In this document: positions 1 through 7,653 of the stretch, one piece after another
How positions within the stretch are numbered: the first letter of the stretch is position 1
Layout of the letters: every line of letters begins with the position of its first letter
IMG/VR virus record: IMGVR_UViG_3300050162_000068
Span: 1-34,636 of that record
Length of the DNA: 34,636 nucleotides
From: a virus
Taxonomy: Duplodnaviria; Caudoviricetes
Direction: 5' to 3' (one strand)
Translations under genes and position numbers: made by a program
Notes under the pieces: model-generated
Told to the model about the DNA's origin: nothing
What the model saw: the letters and a program-made list of their open reading frames with translations, nothing else
Database searches by the model: none

Positions 1-153
1 GTGGAATTGCTGGTCGAACATACCCCAGCAATTCAGGCCGGTCTTACGCAACGCTATTATAACGCTTTCGTCAGTAAGGACGGTCCTTATGCCCTGGTTA
101 AAACACCTTTTGTCGGATGGCGTCCTGCTGAGGACGTAAGGGAAAAAGCATGA
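1..153 (+). CDS. Hypothetical protein, 3' part only (...GPYALVKTPFVGWRPAEDVREKA)
   Basis: Frame 1 is open from base 1 to TGA at 151-153; ATGA overlap with the next start at 150. Confidence 0.6.
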   Translation: MELLVEHTPAIQAGLTQRYYNAFVSKDGPYALVKTPFVGWRPAEDVREKA

Positions 154-554
154 GCGGAAATTTTGTTTACGAACTGGGCCGTATGGCCCTTTCTTTTGAG
201 CCGAATGGTAAGGCCGCACCAAACAACCATAACTTTTATGTCGAGGAGGATTATTCGATCATTCTGCAGGATACTCACGGTAAAGCCTTCGTGATCAGTA
301 TCCCGAAGGGCTTTCAGACGGACCTGGCCAGCGTATCCCCCGCTTTCCCCCTGGCGTATACCATGGTAAAGCTGTCCTGTCTGTTCTCCGCTGTTGTCCA
401 CGATTATCTGTACACCACCTGCCTGGTATCCCGTTACGAGGCGGATTGCATATTCAGAAATCTGGCGGAAGCTGAGGGGGTGAAAGTCATTATCGCCAAT
501 GCCGCGTATCTGGCGATCAGGGCGGGGGGTGAAAGTCATTACGGAACTAAATAG
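150..554 (+). CDS. DUF1353-family protein
   Basis: IPKGFQTDLASV...AVVHDYLY...RYEADCIF motifs typical of DUF1353. Confidence 0.8.
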   Translation: MSGNFVYELGRMALSFEPNGKAAPNNHNFYVEEDYSIILQDTHGKAFVISIPKGFQTDLASVSPAFPLAYTMVKLSCLFSAVVHDYLYTTCLVSRYEADCIFRNLAEAEGVKVIIANAAYLAIRAGGESHYGTK

Positions 555-569
555 AAAATATCGAAGATA

Positions 570-595
570 AAAAGCCCGCTATATAGCGGGCTTTT
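570..595. terminator. Bidirectional intrinsic terminator
   Basis: Perfect 26-bp palindrome AAAAGCCCGCTATATAGCGGGCTTTT with A/T tracts on both sides, between a + gene and a - transcription unit. Confidence 0.9.
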
Positions 596-838
596 GTTTA
601 CGTCATTGGCGGTGCATTGTGTCATTCAAATCGTCGGAAAGTTGCCTGCGCAACTGTGACCGGTCTCGCCGAAGAGTTCCAGAGCCGCTTCTTTTATCGC
701 TTTCAAATGATAAGCGAAACCGGTCGCAGTTGTACAGGCTATCCCGCATGCTTCCCCGAAGGTCGGAGGCGGGAATCGCTCTCCGAAACACGAACTACCT
801 ACAGCAATCTGAAGAATCCGGAACACCTTCCGAGATTC
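570..838 (-). ncRNA. Candidate structured non-coding RNA (~270 nt)
   Basis: Own promoter (873-845) and terminator (570-595); 5' hairpin 838-814; 26-bp stem 644-669/714-739; cUUCGg loop at 761-756; further nested stems; only weak GTG-start ORFs overlap. Confidence 0.6.
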
Positions 839-844
839 AAAAAT

Positions 845-873
845 AGATTAATCGTTTGCGGTGGCCTAGTCAA
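845..873 (-). promoter_or_regulatory. Leftward sigma70 promoter TTGACT-N17-TAATCT
   Basis: -35 at 873-868, -10 at 850-845, 17-nt spacer; predicted start ~838 coincides with the first base of a hairpin. Confidence 0.75.
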
Positions 874-918
874 GCGTATTTTGCTGAGTGTATCTTGCTT
901 CTGTAGGCAAATATTGCG
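873..918. promoter_or_regulatory. Putative operator repeats between divergent promoters
   Basis: AGCGTATTTTGCT (873-885) and AGTGTATCTTGCT (887-899) at 14-bp period, plus near-palindrome GCAAATATTGC (907-917); they abut or overlap both -35 boxes. Confidence 0.5.
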
Positions 919-924
919 TATACT
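895..924 (+). promoter_or_regulatory. Rightward sigma70 promoter TTGCTT-N18-TATACT
   Basis: -35 895-900, -10 919-924, upstream of GGGAGA RBS and ATG 957. Confidence 0.6.
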
Positions 925-956
925 GGGCTTTACCTGAATCATGGGAGAAAAACGAT

Positions 957-1142
957 ATGGCACAACGCGAGGACGCGCTGGCGAAACTCTGCTGGAAATA
1001 TAACATCGAGATCCAGGATGTTATCACCAATTCTGGTATCAAGCGCAGAACTTTAAACCAATGGTATCACACCCGGCGACCGGCTTTGATGGCTTTGATC
1101 AGGGATACCGCTGTGCAGCGTTGCACAGGGCCGCGAGAATGA
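957..1142 (+). CDS. Small Cro-like HTH regulator (61 aa)
   Basis: RBS GGGAGA before ATG 957; IQDVITNSGIKRRTLNQWY fits an HTH; first gene of the primase operon. Confidence 0.6.
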   Translation: MAQREDALAKLCWKYNIEIQDVITNSGIKRRTLNQWYHTRRPALMALIRDTAVQRCTGPRE

Positions 1143-1176
1143 TTCCCCATTGGCGTAAATTTCAAGGTGGTTACAC

Positions 1177-3423
1177 ATGTCAGAAGAATTAGACCTTATA
1201 AAGGCACTGGCCCCGATCACAACCCGCGTCCGGACAGACGCAACCGCAGTCAAAGGCCGTGACGCGCAGGGGTGGACCAAACAGCCGCTAACACAGCCGC
1301 GCATGCTGGCGCATCTGGGAAAAGGCCCTGCGCGGGGATGCTGCCCTATTAAAGCAGGTGAGAGTACAACATTGCTGGCCCTGTTCGATCTGGATTCCCA
1401 CGGGGGTGAAACCACATGGGATGCTATGGCGGCGGTTGCGGAGGAACTTTGTCAGGCGCTGGAACTTTTCGGAATGCGGCCGATTGCTTTCCGCTCCAGT
1501 GGCGGACGGGGGATCCACATTTTCATGTTGTGGGATACCCCACAGGACGCCTACAGTGTGCGCTGTGCTTTACAGGACGCGCTGGAATCTATCGGCTATA
1601 CCAACGGCACCGACGGCGTACAGAAAAAGCAGATTGAGATTTTCCCCAAGCAGAATAGTGTTCCTTTATCGGGGTATGGCAACCAGTTTATTTTGCCACT
1701 GTCCGGGCAATCCGTCCCTCTTGATCGGATGTTTGGTTTTGAACCGATGCCGCGGGATGCCGTTGTAGATCTGGGGTGGCCAGTATCGGAACCGGTGGTT
1801 TTCGTCGAGCATACCGAAGCCGAACAAACAATTACGGTACCTGAGCATTCCCGCGAACAAATCAAAGAAGCGCTGATGACTATCCCGAACGGGGAAGGGA
1901 ATACCGAGTCACTATCTTATGATGCCTGGCGCGATCTGATGTTTGCCATCCACTTTACCTTTTCCGGCGATGATGAAGGTCTGGAACTGGCGCACGAATT
2001 CTCGGCAAAGTCCCCGAAGTTCGACCCCGAGTTCCTGGATAACCGCGTGTGGCCATACATCCGCAACGACCGGGAAGGGATGGTGATCACCGACCAGACT
2101 ATTATCAATAAAGCCCGCGAATTTGGCTATCACGGTGACGTTCTGGAGGCTTTTGAAACGCTGCCCGCAGTCCAGCCGGAAGAGGAGCCCCACGATCGGC
2201 CGCGGTACGTCCGCAATAAAGCGGGCAAGATCCTGACAACCCTACCCAACGTTGTGTTGGCCCTCAGTGATCCAATGGAATGCGGCGTGACTGTAGCGTA
2301 CGACGAATTCCGCGCCGTAACCAGTATCAGCACGGATTTGGGCAACAGCTGGCGCGTGCTGACGGATGAAGACGTCGTGCAGCTGCGGATCACACTGGAG
2401 AAAATAGGTTTCAAAGAATGTCCGGGGCGTGAGATGGCACGCGACGCGCTGATGCTGGTTGCCGCTCACAAGAAGTTCGATAGCGCCTGCGTCTGGTTAT
2501 CCCGTTTGCGCTGGGATGGCGTCCCTCGCGTATCCGGATTCCTGCCACACTACTGGCACACCAAAAATACCGAGTACACAAGGGCGGTCGGGCGATATAT
2601 CTGGTCCGCGCTGGCGGGTCGTGTCATGAAACCCGGTTGTAAAGCGGACATGGCCCCTATCGCCGTAGGCCCCCAGGGTGCGCAGAAGTCGAGCGGGGTC
2701 GCGGCGATGGCGCCCAATCCTGAATTTTTTCGTGAAATAAATCTGACTGAGAAAGAAACAGATCTGGCTCGCAAAATGCGCGGCGCACTGGTCGGAGAGC
2801 TGGGGGAAATGCGCGGCTTCCGGGCTAAGGAAGTGGAGGCTATCAAATCATGGATGGCCCGCAGTACCGAGCGCTGGACTCCGAAGTACAAGGAGTTCGA
2901 TACCGAATACCCGCGCCGTGTCTTTTTTATGGGGACGTCCAACCCTCGCGATGTCCTGACCGATACCACCGGTAACCGCCGCTGGCTTCCTTTCGATACT
3001 CAAAAAGTGGATTCCGCAGCAATCGCCCGTGATTGCGAGCAACTGTGGGCCGAAGGCCTGGAGATTTACAAAGCAGAAGGGATCGCATATCGCGAAGCCG
3101 AAAAGCTGGCAGCGGCGGAGCACGACGATTTCATGGAGCATGACAGCTGGGAACCGGTCGTTGAACGCTGGCTGCAGGAGGAAGATCTACTCACGGGCGA
3201 AGTACCTGCTGATCTTCTGGCGGCTGGTGGTTTCATTCCGACGCTGGATATTCTGGCTGCAGCTTTACAGGTGCCGGCCGAACGCATCAACCGTGCTATC
3301 GAACAGCGGGTTACATCGGTCATGTCTGCGCTGGGATACTCGCAAACCCGCCGCAGGAAAAACGGGATCAGGATGAAAGGCTGGGAAGTTGCGGGGATCG
3401 CTCCCCAGGAAAAAGGAGAATAG
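1177..3423 (+). CDS. DNA primase-helicase: AEP primase + PriCT-2-like + VirE (VapE) ATPase
   Basis: AEP motifs FDLDSH, SSGGRGIH, EIFPKQ, GNQFILPL; YDAWRDLMFAIH (PriCT-2-like); Walker A GPQGAQKSS, ELGEM, GTSN, DTTGNRRWLP (VirE). Confidence 0.9.
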   Translation: MSEELDLIKALAPITTRVRTDATAVKGRDAQGWTKQPLTQPRMLAHLGKGPARGCCPIKAGESTTLLALFDLDSHGGETTWDAMAAVAEELCQALELFGMRPIAFRSSGGRGIHIFMLWDTPQDAYSVRCALQDALESIGYTNGTDGVQKKQIEIFPKQNSVPLSGYGNQFILPLSGQSVPLDRMFGFEPMPRDAVVDLGWPVSEPVVFVEHTEAEQTITVPEHSREQIKEALMTIPNGEGNTESLSYDAWRDLMFAIHFTFSGDDEGLELAHEFSAKSPKFDPEFLDNRVWPYIRNDREGMVITDQTIINKAREFGYHGDVLEAFETLPAVQPEEEPHDRPRYVRNKAGKILTTLPNVVLALSDPMECGVTVAYDEFRAVTSISTDLGNSWRVLTDEDVVQLRITLEKIGFKECPGREMARDALMLVAAHKKFDSACVWLSRLRWDGVPRVSGFLPHYWHTKNTEYTRAVGRYIWSALAGRVMKPGCKADMAPIAVGPQGAQKSSGVAAMAPNPEFFREINLTEKETDLARKMRGALVGELGEMRGFRAKEVEAIKSWMARSTERWTPKYKEFDTEYPRRVFFMGTSNPRDVLTDTTGNRRWLPFDTQKVDSAAIARDCEQLWAEGLEIYKAEGIAYREAEKLAAAEHDDFMEHDSWEPVVERWLQEEDLLTGEVPADLLAAGGFIPTLDILAAALQVPAERINRAIEQRVTSVMSALGYSQTRRRKNGIRMKGWEVAGIAPQEKGE

Positions 3424-3915
3424 ATGATGAAGAGATATGTAGCAAAAAGAATGAGTAGGCTTGCGGAATGGATACCCACTACTCAGGACATAGAATCGCA
3501 ACCGGAGAAGATTCTACTGCATTGGCTGAAAATGAGGCACGCCATACTAGGCATGGCTTTAAAGATAGATGAACTCTGCGAAAGAATAGAAAAGATAAAG
3601 CCTAAAAAGCCAGTCGGGATTCCGCCGCAGGAAAATTCAGTGAAGCAGCATCAGCAACCTGAATACCTTTTATCCCCGGATTTTATAAAGGGCATGTATA
3701 AAACGATTAAGGAAGATGACGAAAAATCAGGGATCTTTTACGATTTTATAGTAGAGCATCGGGTAATCGAGTACCTGGTTAGGGATAAAATAGTGACCGA
3801 CATCACAAAACAGAAACTTAGAAGAATCATGGAAAATGCCGGATTTAACCGCCAGCGCAGGAGGGTCGAAGGGATAAGAACCATGGTTTGGTGTCGAGGA
3901 TGCTCTAGAAAGTAG
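3424..3915 (+). CDS. Hypothetical protein with C-terminal domain paralogous to the primase-helicase C-terminus
   Basis: RBS AAGGAG; AT-rich; IMENAGFNRQRRRVEGIRTMVW aligns without gaps to VMSALGYSQTRRRKNGIRMKGW of the upstream gene. Confidence 0.7.
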   Translation: MMKRYVAKRMSRLAEWIPTTQDIESQPEKILLHWLKMRHAILGMALKIDELCERIEKIKPKKPVGIPPQENSVKQHQQPEYLLSPDFIKGMYKTIKEDDEKSGIFYDFIVEHRVIEYLVRDKIVTDITKQKLRRIMENAGFNRQRRRVEGIRTMVWCRGCSRK

Positions 3916-3937
3916 CTGTCCATTTGGGATTTCTTTT

Positions 3938-3968
3938 AAGCGCCGAGATTTTTCGTCTCGGCGTTTTT
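3938..3968 (+). terminator. Intrinsic terminator after the primase operon
   Basis: CGCCGAGA-7 nt-TCTCGGCG followed by TTTTT. Confidence 0.75.
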
Positions 3969-4070
3969 GTATCCGCAAAATACTACATGTAACTTGCACT
4001 TGCAATTTTTTACACGTTTAACGTGTAAACTTTTACAAATTCGCGGCGGGCGCGTGGCAATACAAGACCG

Positions 4071-4293
4071 GCTGTCCCCGCAGCGGGACAGCGTGGACAG
4101 CTGCGGGACAGCTTAAAAGCCCAAAAAACTCTTATAAATCCTATGTTTACTTACTATGTCCCTACTGTCCTTATGATTTATATATAAATAAGGTATCGGA
4201 GAAAAATAGGGTAAAAAACGAATAAAAGGCCAACCGTAAAAACGTCAGGTAAGTTCTGGGAAAATACGTGGACAGCGTGGACAGCGTGGACAA
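4071..4293. repeat. Putative replication origin: GGACAG/CTGTCC repeats around an AT-rich palindrome
   Basis: GCTGTCC 4071; GGACAGC x3 in 4085-4112; TGTCC 4157; CTGTCC 4165; palindrome ATTTATATATAAAT 4176-4189; (CGTGGACAG)x3 4267-4293 with the last copy ending in A; non-coding and directly downstream of the primase operon. Confidence 0.7.
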
Positions 4294-4461
4294 TCGTTTT
4301 TGCGCTATTTTGTTTTTCTTCCTCGTTTCTTTGCTTACTTGTAAAATTTTGCGTGTTTCCTGCCGTGAGTTAGGAGGCTTTTTCCCTATCGTATTTTGGT
4401 TGCTTTGTAGACGACGTTAGATAATAATGCTTGCAATTTAATTTTGTTTGGAGTAAGCGCG

Positions 4462-4719
4462 ATGCGAAACAGCCGGATGCAAGCCCTGAACGATGGGGGC
4501 CGTTTGATAGGGGAAGACCACCCCATGGCGAAACTGACCAACAAGCATATCCTGGAGCTTTGCTTTTTACGGGATACGGACCCTGAACAGTGGACGTATA
4601 GCAAACTGGCTGCGCGCTTTGCGATCACTAAGAGCTACGCGAGACAGGTTTGCTGCGGATTGAAGCGCTGCCAGATCCCCGATCACTATCGGCGTAAACC
4701 TTGTGATACACTCAAGTAA
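4462..4719 (+). CDS. Stand-alone HTH DNA-binding protein (type usually found at the C-terminus of HNH endonucleases); candidate late regulator
   Basis: RBS GGAG before ATG 4462; GEDHPMAKLT...TYSKLAARFAITKSYARQV; no HNH nuclease domain. Confidence 0.65.
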   Translation: MRNSRMQALNDGGRLIGEDHPMAKLTNKHILELCFLRDTDPEQWTYSKLAARFAITKSYARQVCCGLKRCQIPDHYRRKPCDTLK

Positions 4720-4747
4720 AAATTTGCAGATAATGAGAGGTTTTTGT

Positions 4748-5269
4748 ATGCCTAGAGTACCCGACCCTGAAGAACGAGCTGCCATCAAGCAGGAGATTTG
4801 CGACCGACTATCCGAGGGCGAACCTTTACGGCAGATTTGCCGTTCCAGTAAAGGACGTATCCCTTGCTGGCGGACGGTATACGACTGGATGAAGGACGAC
4901 GAAGACTTTGCCGCACACATCGCGAAAGCCCGAAAGCTGGGCTATGACGTGATAGCAGAGGAGTGCCTGGCTATCGCCGACGATGCAACAAATGATTATA
5001 TGAATAAGGAAGTTACCGGCGGGGCAATCGCTTACGCCCCCGCCCCCGAGAACGTCCAGCGCTCCAAGCTTCGTGTATGGGCCCGCCTCCAGCTGCTGGC
5101 AAAATGGTATCCTAAAAAGTACGGTGACAAATCGGCGATGGAGCTGACGGGGGCGAACGGCGGTCCAGTATCCGTGACCGACACCGAACGCGCGGCCCGC
5201 ATTGCCGCTCTTATGGAGAAAGCGAAGAAACGCAAGCATTCAGAAGATGCCATCGATGACCTCGTATGA
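4748..5269 (+). CDS. terS: Terminase small subunit (Sf6 gp1-like)
   Basis: RBS GAGAGG before ATG 4748; EICDRLSEGEPLRQIC...PCWRTVYDW...FAAHIAKAR...PKKYGDK. Confidence 0.9.
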   Translation: MPRVPDPEERAAIKQEICDRLSEGEPLRQICRSSKGRIPCWRTVYDWMKDDEDFAAHIAKARKLGYDVIAEECLAIADDATNDYMNKEVTGGAIAYAPAPENVQRSKLRVWARLQLLAKWYPKKYGDKSAMELTGANGGPVSVTDTERAARIAALMEKAKKRKHSEDAIDDLV

Positions 5270-6839
5270 TCCGGACCTGCTTGCGTTTCTGTCTCCGAAA
5301 GAACTGGAGGAACTCAATGCGCTGATTGATAGCGACCCCTGTCCGTGGTACCCACAGGTAGGACCGCAAATGATGGCGCACGATTCGCAAGCGCAGATTG
5401 TAGGTTATGGCGGTGCGGCTGGCGGGGGCAAATCGTCACTGGCCTGTGGGCTCGCCATTACCCAGCATCGCAAAGCCATCATTTTTCGCGAGAACGGCAC
5501 CGAGCTGCAAGGTATCCTGGACGAGCTTACGCGTATTATCGGTTCGCGGGACGGCTACAACGGGCAGGATAAGATCTGGCGGTTCAGGGGCTATGACGGC
5601 ACGTATCGGCAAATCGAGTTGGGGAGCTATCCAAACCCCGGCGACGAGATCAAGTATCAAGGCCGCGACCATGACCTGATCGTATACGACGAGGCCGCGA
5701 ACCATCGCGAGATAGCAGTGCGCTTTCTGATGGGCTGGCTACGCTCTACAGTCGAAGGGCAGCGATGCCGGGTGCTGATGACTTTCAACCCGCCAACTAC
5801 TGCGGAAGGCCGCTGGGTGATCTCGTTCTTTGGCCCTTGGCTTGACAAGAAGCACCCCAATCCGGCGAAGCCTGGCGAACTGCGGTGGTTTGCGACGGTG
5901 AACGGCAAGGATATCGAAGTGGACAGCAACCGACCTTTTGTTTTGCGGGGTGAAGAATGCGTTTACGATTTCGAACCAAAGGATTACAACCCCGCGGATA
6001 TCATTACACCGCTTTCCCGTACGTTCATCCCGAGTCGGGTTACCGACAACGTCTACCTGAGGAACACCGGATATATGAATACGCTGCAAGGTTTGCCTGA
6101 GCCTCTGCGCTCGCAGATGCTGAATGGCGATTTCGGGGCGGGAATGGAGGATAGCCCGTGGCAGGTTATTCCAACCGCATGGGTGGAAGCGGCAACACAA
6201 CGATGGACAGAGCCGAACAAACGCGCCCCAATGGATGCGGTCGGGGTGGACGTCGCCCGCGGCGGCAAGGACAACACGGTTATCGCACGGCGGCACGGCC
6301 AGTGGTATGACAAACCGATAGTATTAGCTGGTTCATCAACCCCGAACGGCTCTACGGTAGCGGGGGCGACAGTAGCGGCCATGCGTGATCACGCGCCTAT
6401 TCACATTGACGTCATCGGCGTGGGCGCAAGCCCTTACGACTATCTTATGGACATGAAAATGCAGGTAATTGGCGTCAATGTCTCGGAAGCCGCAACTTCG
6501 ACAGACCGTAGTGGCCGCCTGCATTTCAGGAATCTGCGCTCGCAGTTGTGGTGGAAGTTCCGTGAACTGCTGGATCCCGAGAACAACACGGGTATCGCTT
6601 TACCGCCGGATGACCGCTTGATGGCGGACCTGTGCGCGCCGACGTGGTGCGTCAAAGGGACGGTGATACAAGTTGAATCGAGAGAAGAAATTGTGAAGCG
6701 TATCGGCCGGTCTCCGGACTGGGCCAGCGCCTATGTACTGGCGCAAATCGAGACCGCAAAAGCCAGCGTACTGCTGGCGGCAATCGGCGGCAATCGGTCG
6801 AAGATACGCGGGGATTACGACCCTTACGCCAACCTGTAG
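5247..6839 (+). CDS. terL: Terminase large subunit (start 5247 or 5256)
   Basis: Walker A GGAAGGGKS, Walker B IVYDEA, TFNPP, nuclease GVDVARGGKD...IDVIG...SPDWASA. Confidence 0.93.
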   Translation: MPSMTSYDPDLLAFLSPKELEELNALIDSDPCPWYPQVGPQMMAHDSQAQIVGYGGAAGGGKSSLACGLAITQHRKAIIFRENGTELQGILDELTRIIGSRDGYNGQDKIWRFRGYDGTYRQIELGSYPNPGDEIKYQGRDHDLIVYDEAANHREIAVRFLMGWLRSTVEGQRCRVLMTFNPPTTAEGRWVISFFGPWLDKKHPNPAKPGELRWFATVNGKDIEVDSNRPFVLRGEECVYDFEPKDYNPADIITPLSRTFIPSRVTDNVYLRNTGYMNTLQGLPEPLRSQMLNGDFGAGMEDSPWQVIPTAWVEAATQRWTEPNKRAPMDAVGVDVARGGKDNTVIARRHGQWYDKPIVLAGSSTPNGSTVAGATVAAMRDHAPIHIDVIGVGASPYDYLMDMKMQVIGVNVSEAATSTDRSGRLHFRNLRSQLWWKFRELLDPENNTGIALPPDDRLMADLCAPTWCVKGTVIQVESREEIVKRIGRSPDWASAYVLAQIETAKASVLLAAIGGNRSKIRGDYDPYANL

Positions 6840-6844
6840 GCTTC

Positions 6845-6876
6845 GTGTACCTGTCGGGTGGTGTTGGTTTTATACT
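6845..6876 (+). promoter_or_regulatory. Putative late promoter 1, GTGTACCT-N18-TATACT
   Basis: One of four intergenic copies with identical octamer and spacing. Confidence 0.75.
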
Positions 6877-6901
6877 TGCAACAAAACGCAGGACAGCAAT
6901 C

Positions 6902-7339
6902 ATGCGAATAATCGAAGAAAACGTGGTTGAGTTTATCCAGGCGAACGGCGATATGCTGAAAGCGAACTGGGAAGAAACCGGCTTTGGTTGGGATTTCGAT
7001 ATCGATTTCGACTTCTACGGACGGTTACAGGAAGCGGGTTTGCTTTGGGGACTTGCGGCTTACGACGGTGATACTCCGGTGGGCTACTGCACGTTTATGG
7101 TTTTCCCTCATGCCTGGCAGAAAGGGCTTCGGGTCGGCAATCACGATGCGATGTACATCAAACCGGAATACCGATGCGGAACCCTGTGCTGGAAGTTGAT
7201 CCGCATGGCCGAGAAGATAGCCCACGAGCACGGGGCGTCCTATTTCATGTGGCATACGCGGGCGGCTACTCCGTTCGCGGATATGCTGTACCGCCGCGGG
7301 TATCATCGCGCAGAAGAAGTCGTATACAAGAGGATTTAG
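6902..7339 (+). CDS. GNAT-fold acetyltransferase
   Basis: RBS AGGA before ATG 6902; AYDGDTPVGYC...DAMYIKPEYRCGTLCWKLIRMAEKIAHEHGA...LYRRGY. Confidence 0.8.
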   Translation: MRIIEENVVEFIQANGDMLKANWEETGFGWDFDIDFDFYGRLQEAGLLWGLAAYDGDTPVGYCTFMVFPHAWQKGLRVGNHDAMYIKPEYRCGTLCWKLIRMAEKIAHEHGASYFMWHTRAATPFADMLYRRGYHRAEEVVYKRI

Positions 7340-7342
7340 GAT

Positions 7343-7651
7343 ATGGGCATTGAAACGATTGCGGCGGTAACAGCAGCAGTGGCGGGGGTGGCGGGTACGG
7401 TAAGCGCCGTTAAATCCGCTAACGATCAGGCATCCGCTACGAAACAATCGCAGAAGCTGGCTGAGGCTACGGCAGAGCAGCAAACCAAGGCGTACAACAA
7501 GGCCAATGCGAACAGCCCTGATATCGCAGCGGAGCAGGCCGCAAACCAGCAGGCCGCGCTTTCGGGCACTAATAGTACGTTCCTTACAGGCTCGGGCGGG
7601 ATCGACACTTCCAGCCTGAATCTCGGCAAGTCTACGCTACTGGGTGGCTAA
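7343..7651 (+). CDS. Small Ala/Gln-rich virion protein preceding the portal
   Basis: Hydrophobic N-terminus, C-terminal STFLTG...LGKSTLLGG; position typical of podovirus pre-portal proteins. Confidence 0.7.
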   Translation: MGIETIAAVTAAVAGVAGTVSAVKSANDQASATKQSQKLAEATAEQQTKAYNKANANSPDIAAEQAANQQAALSGTNSTFLTGSGGIDTSSLNLGKSTLLGG

Positions 7652-7653
7652 AC

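Noticed and set aside
603-937. Four overlapping short ORFs (603-791 -, 626-826 -, 617-937 +, 619-846 +)
   Set aside because: Non-ATG starts, weak RBS, no recognisable motifs; dense base-pairing explains the region better. 603-791 cannot be fully excluded as a dual-function peptide.
4041-4063. TCGCGGCGGGCGCGTGG resembles part of a type I-C CRISPR repeat (possible solitary-repeat anti-CRISPR RNA)
   Set aside because: Lacks the full hairpin and the ATTGAAAC 3' end; single GC-rich partial match, likely chance
4071-4293. Short repeats considered as a CRISPR array
   Set aside because: Units are 6-9 bp, tandem or inverted, without unique spacers of regular length
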